From: Prochlorococcus sp. AG-355-N16
GTDB lineage: Bacteria > Cyanobacteriota > Cyanobacteriia > PCC-6307 > Cyanobiaceae
Length of the DNA stretch: 64,000 bases
NCBI GenBank assembly: GCA_003278545.1
Contig: QCEF01000004.1
Location: 27,194 to 91,193, forward strand
Direction: 5' to 3'
Positions within the stretch are counted from its first letter, which is position 1, and each line of letters starts with the position of its first letter. A model generated the notes under the pieces. The model worked only from the letters and a program-made list of their open reading frames with translations, searched no databases and had not been told where the DNA came from. This document shows positions 55,572 through 64,000 of the stretch, one piece after another. The position numbers were made by a program, and so were the translations under genes.

Positions 55572-55892
55572 ATGAGTAAATTATCTATACAGGAAGAAAA
55601 AGAACTCATTTCCTTCATTAAAGATTGGTTAAAATCTCATGGATTTACCCAAAAAGACTTAGCAAATGAATTAAATATTAAATCGAGCAGAACCTCGGAG
55701 ATTATTCTCAAAATTAAAGAATTATATAAAAAAGGGGGCATGTTTAATATTGCAAAAAATCTTATTAAGATTGATCAAAAATGGTTAAACAATATCAATA
55801 ACGACTATCGAGAAATGAAACAAACACCACCATATAATCAATTAGATATCGACTCATTAGTAAGGCAGATGAATCAAGATACTAGTAAATAA
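55572..55892 (+). CDS. Putative XRE/Cro-like HTH protein
   Basis: IKDWLKSHGFTQKDLANELNIKSSRTSEI; ATG directly follows the YkvA stop. Confidence 0.72.
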   Translation: MSKLSIQEEKELISFIKDWLKSHGFTQKDLANELNIKSSRTSEIILKIKELYKKGGMFNIAKNLIKIDQKWLNNINNDYREMKQTPPYNQLDIDSLVRQMNQDTSK

Positions 55893-56085
55893 ATATTATT
55901 TAAATATTATATTTTTAATTAAAAAATATATGACCTCTTAAAACTACTCTTTAAACAAATATCGCTTTAACTCCTAGATGTTATAAATAATTGAATTATC
56001 AAAATTAAAATATTATCTATTATTAATATAATTGGTTCTTTTTAATTAATAGTTAATAATTACTAAATTTTTTCGTAAATCATAT

Positions 56086-56355
56086 TTAAAATGCTTGAAT
56101 CCAGGGGTAAATATCATAATTAATCCATATATCTTTTTCCCAATATATATCCTCCTCAATGAGATCTTTCAATTCGTTTTCATCATTAGCATTAAAAATT
56201 CCAAACAAATATTTGGTACATTTTGTTGGTCCTAATGTAACAAGAATATCCCGATCTTTTAAGTTTTTAAGTCTATTAAGATGTTGTTCACGAAATGGTT
56301 CCCTTTTAGAAATTGCATCTTCACAGTACCTTCCAAAAACTACAAACTTTTCCAT
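56086..56355 (-). CDS. YciI-family protein
   Basis: REPFREQHL, GPTK, EEDIYW; probable start MEKFVVFG at 56355 rather than the track start at 56400. Confidence 0.88.
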   Translation of the reverse strand: MEKFVVFGRYCEDAISKREPFREQHLNRLKNLKDRDILVTLGPTKCTKYLFGIFNANDENELKDLIEEDIYWEKDIWINYDIYPWIQAF

Positions 56356-56452
56356 TTTTAAATATAAATAATAGAATAAATACATACTAAATAATTGCAT
56401 ATATTACACACAAATTGCTATGTTATTTAATACAACTTTCTTATAATTAATT

Positions 56453-56809
56453 ATGCTAACTGGTAGCGATCTCCTTGCAAAAGTTAAAGAACTTGGTGAT
56501 GTTAGCAAATCTGAGCTAGTTCGCGCCTGTGGTTATGTTTCCACTAAGAAAAAAGGCGGTGAACGCTTAAACTATACCGCATTCTATGAAGCACTTTTAG
56601 AAGCAAAAGGGGTTAATCTTGGTGATTCTGGAGTTGCGGGTATTGGAAAAGGTGGAAGAAAACTTAGTTATATAGCTACAGTACAGGGCAATGGAAATCT
56701 TCTGATCGGGAAAGCATATACAGCACTTCTTGATTTAAAAGCAGGTGATGAATTCGAAATTAAGCTCGGAAGAAAACAAATCAGATTATTGCCTACAGAA
56801 GAATCTTAA
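56453..56809 (+). CDS. Cyanobacterial AbrB-like transcriptional regulator
   Basis: LTGSDLLAKVK, RACGY, TAFYEALLEAKG, VQGNGNLLIGKAYT, GDEFEIKLGRK. Confidence 0.93.
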   Translation: MLTGSDLLAKVKELGDVSKSELVRACGYVSTKKKGGERLNYTAFYEALLEAKGVNLGDSGVAGIGKGGRKLSYIATVQGNGNLLIGKAYTALLDLKAGDEFEIKLGRKQIRLLPTEES

Positions 56810-56875
56810 AGACAAAAAAATAAATTGGTCAATTTTCTATAAATAATTCTTTTAATTAAAAAATTTTCTTTGTAT

Positions 56876-57718
56876 TTATTTTTTTTGATCAGCAGCTAAA
56901 CGCATTTCTTTACAAAACTCACCAACATTATCGACAACATCTTTTTCACTTGAGCTTGAGATTCGTTTTACAAATGCACTTCCAATAATTACGCCATCTG
57001 CTCCCCACTCACGAACTTTATTAACATGTTCTGGAGTTGATATTCCAAAACCAACAGCAATTGGATTACTATTTACATCTTTTAATTTAGCAATAAGATT
57101 TTCTACTCTATTTTCCATTTTATTTCTCTCACCAGTGACACCTGTAACACTTACTAAATAAGTAAAGCCTTTTGTATATTTTGATATTTGTTTCATTCTT
57201 TCAAAAGGAGTAGTTGGCGCTACCAATAAAATTAAGTCCATAGTATGGTTACTAACTATTTTAGAAAATTTATAAGCTTCCTCCAAAGGGAGGTCGGGAA
57301 CTATTAGTCCAGAAACTCCAGCATCAGATGCCATCTCACAAAACCTTTCAAAGCCAAAACATAGTAATGGATTCAAGTAAGAGAAAAGGATGATGGGAAT
57401 ATTTAATTTACCTTTTAAAGACTCTAAAAGTTTAATTACTTTTCTTAAGCTAGTACCTGACTTTAAGGCGCGAGAGGCCGCCACTTGAATAACAGGCCCA
57501 TCTGCAAGTGGGTCACTATACGGGATACCTAATTCAATAAGGTCAGCTCCATTTTCTTGTAACTTTAATAAGATCTCAGACGTTATTTCAATATTGGGAT
57601 CCCCAGCCATTATAAAAGGCATTAAAGCAAATTTTTTTTTATTTTTTAACTCACAAAACATTTCATCTACCTTAGATAAAGATTCATTTTTAGTAATTTG
57701 CATTTTGTTATCTTTCAT
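56876..57718 (-). CDS. trpA: Tryptophan synthase alpha chain
   Basis: MAGDP, ELGIPYSDPLADGPVIQ, GVTG, VGFGIS, IIGSAFV. Confidence 0.98.
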   Translation of the reverse strand: MKDNKMQITKNESLSKVDEMFCELKNKKKFALMPFIMAGDPNIEITSEILLKLQENGADLIELGIPYSDPLADGPVIQVAASRALKSGTSLRKVIKLLESLKGKLNIPIILFSYLNPLLCFGFERFCEMASDAGVSGLIVPDLPLEEAYKFSKIVSNHTMDLILLVAPTTPFERMKQISKYTKGFTYLVSVTGVTGERNKMENRVENLIAKLKDVNSNPIAVGFGISTPEHVNKVREWGADGVIIGSAFVKRISSSSEKDVVDNVGEFCKEMRLAADQKK

Positions 57719-57746
57719 AATTTTTAGATATTTTTCTATGAAAAAT

Positions 57747-58067
57747 TTATGGATTTTTCTCTAGATCTTCCATTAGTTTTTGCTGCTCTTCCTTTGACAA
57801 TGAGTTGAATTTAGTTTCTAGTTTATCATTAACAACTTTTTCATACTTTTTTCTATAACGCTTCCTTTGTTCCATAAAAGTCATTTTCCCATTTACAACT
57901 CTATAAACATAAGATGTTACCCAAGTAATAACAATCAAAATCAAGATGCAACTGGATAGAGTAGTGGCTGTAAAATTATCGATACCAATTTGGGGTGCAA
58001 ATTTATAACTAATTAATCCTATTAATGAAATAAATAAACCTATTTGTATAACTTTTCCTTTAGTCAA
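57747..58067 (-). CDS. DUF3007-family membrane protein
   Basis: Two TM helices then WVTSYVYRVVNGKMTFMEQRKRY. Confidence 0.85.
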   Translation of the reverse strand: MTKGKVIQIGLFISLIGLISYKFAPQIGIDNFTATTLSSCILILIVITWVTSYVYRVVNGKMTFMEQRKRYRKKYEKVVNDKLETKFNSLSKEEQQKLMEDLEKNP

Positions 58068-58071
58068 TTAT

Positions 58072-58305
58072 TTACCCTTTGCCACTTCCTTTTAGTCTGA
58101 GATTTAAGAATGGAGAAAATAAAATTAAACCTGGAAAGAAAAGAAATACGAGGCCATAAATTCCTAATCTTTCAAATTTGCCCATAATATTCCATCTATT
58201 ATTCATCCAGTAAAATAGTAACAATGGGATAACGAATAAATAGGTAGAAATAATTCCGACATAAGCAATTAAAGTAGCGAATGAATTATTGAAAAAACTT
58301 TCCAT
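58072..58305 (-). CDS. ndhL: NDH-1 subunit L
   Basis: YLFVIP...[10 protein letters not shown]...[17 protein letters not shown]. Confidence 0.92.
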   Translation of the reverse strand: MESFFNNSFATLIAYVGIISTYLFVIPLLLFYWMNNRWNIMGKFERLGIYGLVFLFFPGLILFSPFLNLRLKGSGKG

Positions 58306-58383
58306 TTTAATTTATGGTTACTTAGTTAAAACATAACAACTATTGGAAGTTATCGTCAGAACTAAAAATAAATAATTAAGTAA

Positions 58384-58469
58384 TGGGAGTGGGGGGACTT
58401 GAACCCCCACGAGCTAAATCGCTCGACGGATTTTAAGTCCGGCGCGTCTACCAATTCCGCCACACTCCC
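58384..58469 (-). tRNA. trnL: tRNA-Leu, anticodon UAA, intronless, CCA not encoded
   Basis: Folds by hand: GGGAGTG/CACTCCC acceptor, CT-TAA-AA anticodon loop, long variable arm CGAGC/GCTCG, GGGGG-TTCAAGT-CCCCC T arm. Confidence 0.97.
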
Positions 58470-58568
58470 AAGGGAATTTGCGCTTTCTAATCGTAGCTGA
58501 AAGTAACCCATTTAACCAAGAAAAATTTGAATATTTACACTTTTAATTGTCAGATTAAATCTAACTTT

Positions 58569-59618
58569 TTAATTTACTATTCCTTCTACTTGCCATTGTA
58601 AAATTTCACCTGCATGAAATGGTTTTATTTGTCCGACAATATTTTTTTCTTCAACAACATCAATATATTCTTTAATTTTGTTAGGTCTAGAAACTAATTT
58701 TAATTTTTCTTTATTTGGTGGGACATTATAAAAATTAGGGCCATTCAAACTTGCAAACTTTTCAAAATTATCTAGAGCATTCTCCTCTTCGAAAACTGTT
58801 AAGTAGCTTTCTATTGCTACTGGCGAATTAAAAATGCCTGCACATCCACAAAAAGCCTTCCACTTCCTAAGGTGTGGAGCAGAGTCAGTCCCCAAGAAAA
58901 AACATTTTCCCCCACTTGTTGCTGCTCTCCTTAAAGCGAGTCTATTATTTTCCCTCTTAGCAACTGGTAAGCAGTAAAAATCACTATTTAAGCCTCCAAA
59001 AAACATTGAATTTCTATTTATATGTAAATGATGAGGGGTAATAGTAGCCCCAATATTATTTTCTTGCACAAAATCCACTGCATAAGAGGTGGTTATATGT
59101 TCTAGAACGATTTTTAATTTTGGAAATCTTTTTGTTATTTGAGAAAGTTCTTTATCTATAAAAACTTCTTCTCTATCGAATATATCTACTTCAGAATCAG
59201 TCACTTCCCCATGAATTAAAAGAGGCATTCCAGAATCTTGCATTAATTCAAAGATCTTATATAAATTTTCTATTTTTCTAACTCCATGACTGGAATTTGT
59301 TGTGGCATTAGCAGGATATAATTTTGCTGCAAAAAAAACATTATTTTTAAAACCATTAATTAGTTCCCCTTTATCAGTGTCATCTGTAAGATAAATTGTC
59401 ATTAATGGTTCAAACTTAGAACTTTCTGGTAGCGCTTCAAAAATAGATTTCCTATAAGAAATAGCGCTATTGATGGATGTTATGGGACTTTTAGTATTTG
59501 GCATAACAATAGCTCTTCCAAAATATTCCGAAGTAAACTGAATGATATTTTTTAATACAAGACCTTCTCTTAAATGTAAATGCCAATCATCAGGTTTTAT
59601 TATGTTAAAAGACTTCAA
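58569..59618 (-). CDS. pyrC: Dihydroorotase (small homodimeric type)
   Basis: DDWHLHLR, VMPN, KLYP, IHGE, LEH, GTDSAPH. Confidence 0.97.
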   Translation of the reverse strand: MKSFNIIKPDDWHLHLREGLVLKNIIQFTSEYFGRAIVMPNTKSPITSINSAISYRKSIFEALPESSKFEPLMTIYLTDDTDKGELINGFKNNVFFAAKLYPANATTNSSHGVRKIENLYKIFELMQDSGMPLLIHGEVTDSEVDIFDREEVFIDKELSQITKRFPKLKIVLEHITTSYAVDFVQENNIGATITPHHLHINRNSMFFGGLNSDFYCLPVAKRENNRLALRRAATSGGKCFFLGTDSAPHLRKWKAFCGCAGIFNSPVAIESYLTVFEEENALDNFEKFASLNGPNFYNVPPNKEKLKLVSRPNKIKEYIDVVEEKNIVGQIKPFHAGEILQWQVEGIVN

Positions 59619-59736
59619 AATTTTTTCTATTTAATCAATTTTAACAGCAAATTAAAATTGACAATAAATTATAGATATTCGAGGATAGTTATTAATCAAT
59701 TATGAAAATTTTTATTATCTAAATTAAATCCTAAAT

Positions 59737-60816
59737 ATGAGTGATTTTTTATTTCCAATAATAGAAATAGTTTTAGGCATAGTTCTACTTTTTGCTGGAG
59801 GAGAGTTCTTTATTCAAGGAGCCATATTTTTATCTTTAATTTTAGGAATACCTCAAATAGTAATTGGTTTGACAGTTGTTTCTCTTGGAACAAGCTCTCC
59901 TGAGTTGTTGGTAAGTTTGAGTTCAATTTTAAAAGGCAGTGATTCGCTTGCGGCAAGCAATGTAATTGGAAGCAATATTTTTAATGTTCTCGTTGTTTTG
60001 GGCATAAGCTCATTAATAACACCTCTTAAAGTAAAAAGCAGAATAGTCAGAAGAGATGTGCCTCTTTTAATGGCAATTTCTTGTGCAGTTTGGGCTATGT
60101 CATCAACAGGCTTATTAACATTGCAAGCAGGGGTATTTCTTATATTTTGTTTAATCTTAAATACAATATGGGAAATCAATACCATCAATGAGAAAGGAGA
60201 GGAGACAAAAGATGCTGAACCAGAGATAGAAGAAATAAAAGATAACTATAAAGGGAAAATGAATATTTTACTAAAGTTAATATTGGGAATGTTTCTTTTA
60301 AGCTTTGGTTCAAACATTTTAGTAAATGGTTCTCAAACACTAGCTACTCTTTTGGGTGTAAATGAAATTGTTATTGGTTTAACTATCGTCGCAACTGGGA
60401 CATCTTTACCAGAATTAGTAACTTCAATAATTGCTGCATTTAAAGGTAAAACAGATCTTGCGATAGGGAATGTAATAGGAAGTAATTTACTCAATCAACT
60501 TTTAATCCTTGGAAGTTGCAGTATTTTTTCAGGATTTAAAGGTTTAGTAATTGAACAGAGTCTAATAAGAGTTGACTTACCTTTTATGGTTTTAACTACC
60601 TTTGCATGCTTACCAATTTTCTGGAGCAAAGGGAAAATCACAAGAATTGAAGGATTTGTTTTGCTTAATCTTTATATTTTCTACATTCTCGATAAGATAC
60701 TTTTCCTGAATGGATTTAACTTCCTTTCTGGATTAAGGATAGGTTTTTTTATTTACTTTGCATTACTTATTGTGTTTCTGATTGTTCAAGAAAAATTAAA
60801 ATTTTCTAATTCATAA
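59737..60816 (+). CDS. Ca2+/Na+ antiporter (CaCA, YrbG-like)
   Basis: Duplicated alpha repeats GTSSPEL...GSNIFN and GTSLPEL...GSNLLN. Confidence 0.93.
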   Translation: MSDFLFPIIEIVLGIVLLFAGGEFFIQGAIFLSLILGIPQIVIGLTVVSLGTSSPELLVSLSSILKGSDSLAASNVIGSNIFNVLVVLGISSLITPLKVKSRIVRRDVPLLMAISCAVWAMSSTGLLTLQAGVFLIFCLILNTIWEINTINEKGEETKDAEPEIEEIKDNYKGKMNILLKLILGMFLLSFGSNILVNGSQTLATLLGVNEIVIGLTIVATGTSLPELVTSIIAAFKGKTDLAIGNVIGSNLLNQLLILGSCSIFSGFKGLVIEQSLIRVDLPFMVLTTFACLPIFWSKGKITRIEGFVLLNLYIFYILDKILFLNGFNFLSGLRIGFFIYFALLIVFLIVQEKLKFSNS

Positions 60817-60818
60817 TT

Positions 60819-62183
60819 TTATCCATACATAGTCACAAATTCTTCTGAGATAGTTGGGTGCAAAGCCATAGTAATATCTAAGTCTTTTTTTGTTATACCT
60901 GCATTTAATGAAATTGATACCATTTGAATAATCTCAGACGATGTTTCTCCAAACATATGACATCCTAGGACTTTGTCAGTTAGCTTATGAACTACAATCT
61001 TCAACATACATTTTGATTTATTCTTTTTAAAGGTATTAGACATAGGGGTAAATTTGCATTTGAAAATTTTTATATTTTTTTCAGAGTAAATCTCTTTAGC
61101 TCTTTTTTCACTTAAGCCAACTGTTGAAATTTCTGGAATAGTAAAAACGGCCTTAGGGATATATTCATAATTTACTTTTCTTTTTTGGTTATTAAAAAAA
61201 TTATCCGAAAAAACTCTCCCTTGTTCTATTGCTACTGGAGTTAAGTTTGGCTTATTTATGATATCGCCAACTGCAAAAATATTTGCGTTGCTTGTTTGAT
61301 TAAGTTCATCGACGTCTAAATATTGGCCATCCATCTTTAGATTTAAAAAATCTAAATTTAAAGGTAAAAGATTTGGTTCTCTTCCTGTAGCAATAAGGAT
61401 ATTATTAGTGAGGAGTTTACCTCCCCAGTCTAGGGTAGATTCCAGATTTCCATTGACTCTCTTGATAGATTTTAATTGAGTATTGGAGATTATATTAATT
61501 TCAGTAAAAGTAGGTGATTCCTCTAGGCATGAAGAAAGATCCTCATCAAAACCATTAAGTAAATGATGACCTCTAATTAATTGAGTTACTTCAGTACCTA
61601 AATTTCTGAAAATAGAAGCAAATTCACAAGCAATATATCCACCTCCTACTATTAATATTGATTTGGGAAACTTTTCTAATTCAAAAATATCATCACTAGT
61701 CCATGCCAAATCTACCCCAGGAATATTTAATTTCTTTGGTTTACCACCAACAGAAATAAGAATTTTTTTTGAACTTATAATATTTTTAATTTTCTTTGTG
61801 TTTGAACAAATAATTTCTAATTTATTTTGAGTAATAAATCTTCCTAAGCCTTCAAAAACGGTTATATTCAACTTTTTTAAAGAATTTCTATGTAAATTAC
61901 TTAATCGAGAAACCTCCTCTCTAACATTCTTCAACAAAATATTTGATTTAAAATTAATACCTTCGTGTTTTAATCCATATCCTTCAGAAGAATCCATATT
62001 TTTTTTACTTTTAGCTGCATAAACCATTAATTTCTTAGGCACACAACCCCTTATCACACAAGTTCCTCCTATTTGATTTACTTCTATGATTGCGACTTTT
62101 GCTCCATAACTAGCCGCACGTTTAGCCGCCGCGAGTCCTCCAGATCCAGCGCCAACAACAATTAAATCAAATTCAAATTCCAA
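60819..62183 (-). CDS. gor: Glutathione reductase
   Basis: GAGSGG, GGTCVIRGCVPKK, GGGYIACE, LTPVA, HPTISEE. Confidence 0.96.
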   Translation of the reverse strand: MEFEFDLIVVGAGSGGLAAAKRAASYGAKVAIIEVNQIGGTCVIRGCVPKKLMVYAAKSKKNMDSSEGYGLKHEGINFKSNILLKNVREEVSRLSNLHRNSLKKLNITVFEGLGRFITQNKLEIICSNTKKIKNIISSKKILISVGGKPKKLNIPGVDLAWTSDDIFELEKFPKSILIVGGGYIACEFASIFRNLGTEVTQLIRGHHLLNGFDEDLSSCLEESPTFTEINIISNTQLKSIKRVNGNLESTLDWGGKLLTNNILIATGREPNLLPLNLDFLNLKMDGQYLDVDELNQTSNANIFAVGDIINKPNLTPVAIEQGRVFSDNFFNNQKRKVNYEYIPKAVFTIPEISTVGLSEKRAKEIYSEKNIKIFKCKFTPMSNTFKKNKSKCMLKIVVHKLTDKVLGCHMFGETSSEIIQMVSISLNAGITKKDLDITMALHPTISEEFVTMYG

Positions 62184-62235
62184 GATTTTTTTTAATCAAT
62201 TAACATAACGTTAGTTTATAGCTTTAATTCAAATA

Positions 62236-63465
62236 ATGAATGGGATTTTGACATGGGATGATTTAAATAAATTTGAAGTTGAAGATCTTGATAGAGTCCA
62301 TGGTATAAATAATTCCTATGCAAATTTAAGATTATTTGGACATAGTGAAAAAGATGTATTAGTTACACTCTATAGGGATCGGCATTCTTGGTGTCCTTAC
62401 TGTCAGAAGATATGGTTATGGCTTGAATTTAAGAAAATTCCATACAGAGTCAAGAAAATAAATATGTTTTGCTACGGCCAAAAAGAAAGTTGGTTCCTTG
62501 AAAAAGTTAGATCGGGGAAATTACCTGCAATTGAAGTTAAAGGGCAAGTTATAACTGAAAGCGACGATATCATAGCTTTTTTAGAAAATGAATTTGGAGC
62601 ACTTGGATCTTGTATAACATCTAGTCACCTTATCAAAATTCGAGGGTTAGAAAGAGAAATTTTCAGATCCTGGTGTAATTGGCTTTGCCGAGAAAGCTTT
62701 AATTTTATAGATAATTCTTTTAGAAAAAAAAGATTTAAAGAATCCATTTCTAAACTCGATGAAATCTTAAGTAGCTCAAAATCAGGGTTTGTTGATCCAT
62801 CAGTTTCTAACACGGGTGATATAGAGCCTGGTGTTGGAGATATAATTTTTATTCCCTATTTGGAGAGAATGAATGCATCACTTAATTATTATAAAGGGTT
62901 TAATTTAAGATCTAATTACCGACATGTAGATAACTGGCTTACCCTTTTTGAAGAGACAAGTGCTTACAGAGGCACTCAAGGAGATTTTCATACTCATTCT
63001 CATGATTTACCCCCACAAATGGGAGGTTGCTATAAAGAAAGCAATGAACAACAGATTACTTTCTCTAAGCTAATAGATACTGGAGAGGGTTTAGGTAATT
63101 ATGAATTAAACCAAAATTATGAGTCAAACTATTATGCAACAATTGCTCTTAAAAGAGTGATAAAGCATAAAGACAATTTACTAAAGGTAAACCCATATAA
63201 TAAAGAATCCTTTGACGAATCATTGAGATCAGCTTTGAACCATATGATCACAGGTGAAGTATTAATTCCTAAAAAACTTTCAGGAATCTCTCTAAGATAC
63301 TTAAAAAATAGAATCTCAGTTCCAAGAGATATGCCAATTATTTCAGCAAGGTTATTAAGGCAATCATTAAATAAAATTGAATCGCTTAGTGATATCAATG
63401 AAATAGATAAGATACCTTTCAGGCATAGATATGATCAAGATCCTATAAATTTCATTTCTAGTTAA
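62236..63465 (+). CDS. Glutathione S-transferase family protein with a CPYC motif
   Basis: SWCPYCQK, LPAIE, ESDDI GST N-domain motifs. Confidence 0.9.
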   Translation: MNGILTWDDLNKFEVEDLDRVHGINNSYANLRLFGHSEKDVLVTLYRDRHSWCPYCQKIWLWLEFKKIPYRVKKINMFCYGQKESWFLEKVRSGKLPAIEVKGQVITESDDIIAFLENEFGALGSCITSSHLIKIRGLEREIFRSWCNWLCRESFNFIDNSFRKKRFKESISKLDEILSSSKSGFVDPSVSNTGDIEPGVGDIIFIPYLERMNASLNYYKGFNLRSNYRHVDNWLTLFEETSAYRGTQGDFHTHSHDLPPQMGGCYKESNEQQITFSKLIDTGEGLGNYELNQNYESNYYATIALKRVIKHKDNLLKVNPYNKESFDESLRSALNHMITGEVLIPKKLSGISLRYLKNRISVPRDMPIISARLLRQSLNKIESLSDINEIDKIPFRHRYDQDPINFISS

Positions 63466-63473
63466 TAGTAAGA

Positions 63474-64000
63474 CTATAAATTTTTTCTTGAATCTATTTG
63501 AAGTAAATCTCTTATTTTTTGAACTTGACTTGCAATATTTGGATCAATAGATAATTTTTTTTCAACTTGTTCAATAGCATACATAACTGTTGTATGGTCC
63601 TTACCCCCAAACTCATCTCCAATTCTTGGTAAGCTTAGATTCGTCCCATGTCTCATAAGATACATACCTATTTGTCTAGCTTGACTTACTGGTTTTCTCC
63701 TACTTGAACTGATCAGTTCATCAGTAGAAACTTTAAAGAAATCTGACACTTTATTAATTACTTGTTTTGGAGTAACAACTACTCCAACACTATTAGGATC
63801 AAGCATTGGAGCAATTGATTGAACTGTCATTGGCAAGCCTGTTATTGATGCAAATGCAACAGCTCTAGTAAATGCTCCTTCCAACTCTCTAATATTCGAA
63901 GTGAATCTTCCTGCTATAAATTGAATTAAATCTCTTGGAAGACTCATCCTCTCTTGTTCTGCCTTTTTTTGAAGGATAGCTGTCCTAGTCTCAAGGTCAG
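63474..64000 (-). CDS. dnaA: Chromosomal replication initiator DnaA, 3' part (runs off the right edge)
   Basis: The frame continues beyond the track start ([17 protein letters not shown]); SNIRELEGA; domain [25 protein letters not shown]. Confidence 0.98.
   Translation of the reverse strand, partial: DLETRTAILQKKAEQERMSLPRDLIQFIAGRFTSNIRELEGAFTRAVAFASITGLPMTVQSIAPMLDPNSVGVVVTPKQVINKVSDFFKVSTDELISSSRRKPVSQARQIGMYLMRHGTNLSLPRIGDEFGGKDHTTVMYAIEQVEKKLSIDPNIASQVQKIRDLLQIDSRKNL

Noticed and set aside
55893-56085. About 190-bp gap between convergent genes as a possible sRNA locus
   Set aside because: No stable hairpin, terminator or ORF visible; only RNA-seq could support it
56356-56400. N-terminal extension of YciI in the ORF track
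   Set aside because: Reads as AT-rich promoter DNA (MQLFSMYLFYYLYLK); the domain starts at the Met at 56355
1-64000. CRISPR arrays, integrases, transposases, prophage, defence systems, rRNA
   Set aside because: No repeat-spacer array or hallmark protein motifs seen; gene content is core housekeeping throughout

Overview
A strongly AT-rich, gene-dense and almost entirely core-genome segment of a marine picocyanobacterium. The Pcb antenna N-terminus, the gene content and order, and the AT bias point to high-light Prochlorococcus marinus. It runs from the 5' end of pcb (left edge, missed by the ORF track) through hisS, acs, sds, murI, amiC, aroA, glmU, murF, glgA, menB/menD, a Mn-type ABC transporter, trpS-thrS-glk-thrB, ndhD, prlC, proA, a TamB-like protein, glgB, hemE, petE, clpB, hisIE, a group 2 sigma factor, trpA, ndhL, tRNA-Leu(UAA), pyrC and gor, to the 3' part of dnaA (right edge). 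I found no CRISPR array, integrase, transposase, prophage, rRNA or clear pseudogene, and no convincing large novel system. The best leads are small. (1) A sigma factor-YkvA-HTH cluster preceded by three exact 9-mers at 11-bp spacing. (2) An HLR1 (RpaB)-like element upstream of pcb. (3) A Gly-every-5 repeat protein fused to a Cys/His/Met domain. (4) A small HTH protein ending in an ssrA-like -IAA. (5) An RHH-like protein heading the trpS-thrS operon. (6) A proteobacterial-type ThrRS. All family assignments come from motif recognition by eye; no database search was run.
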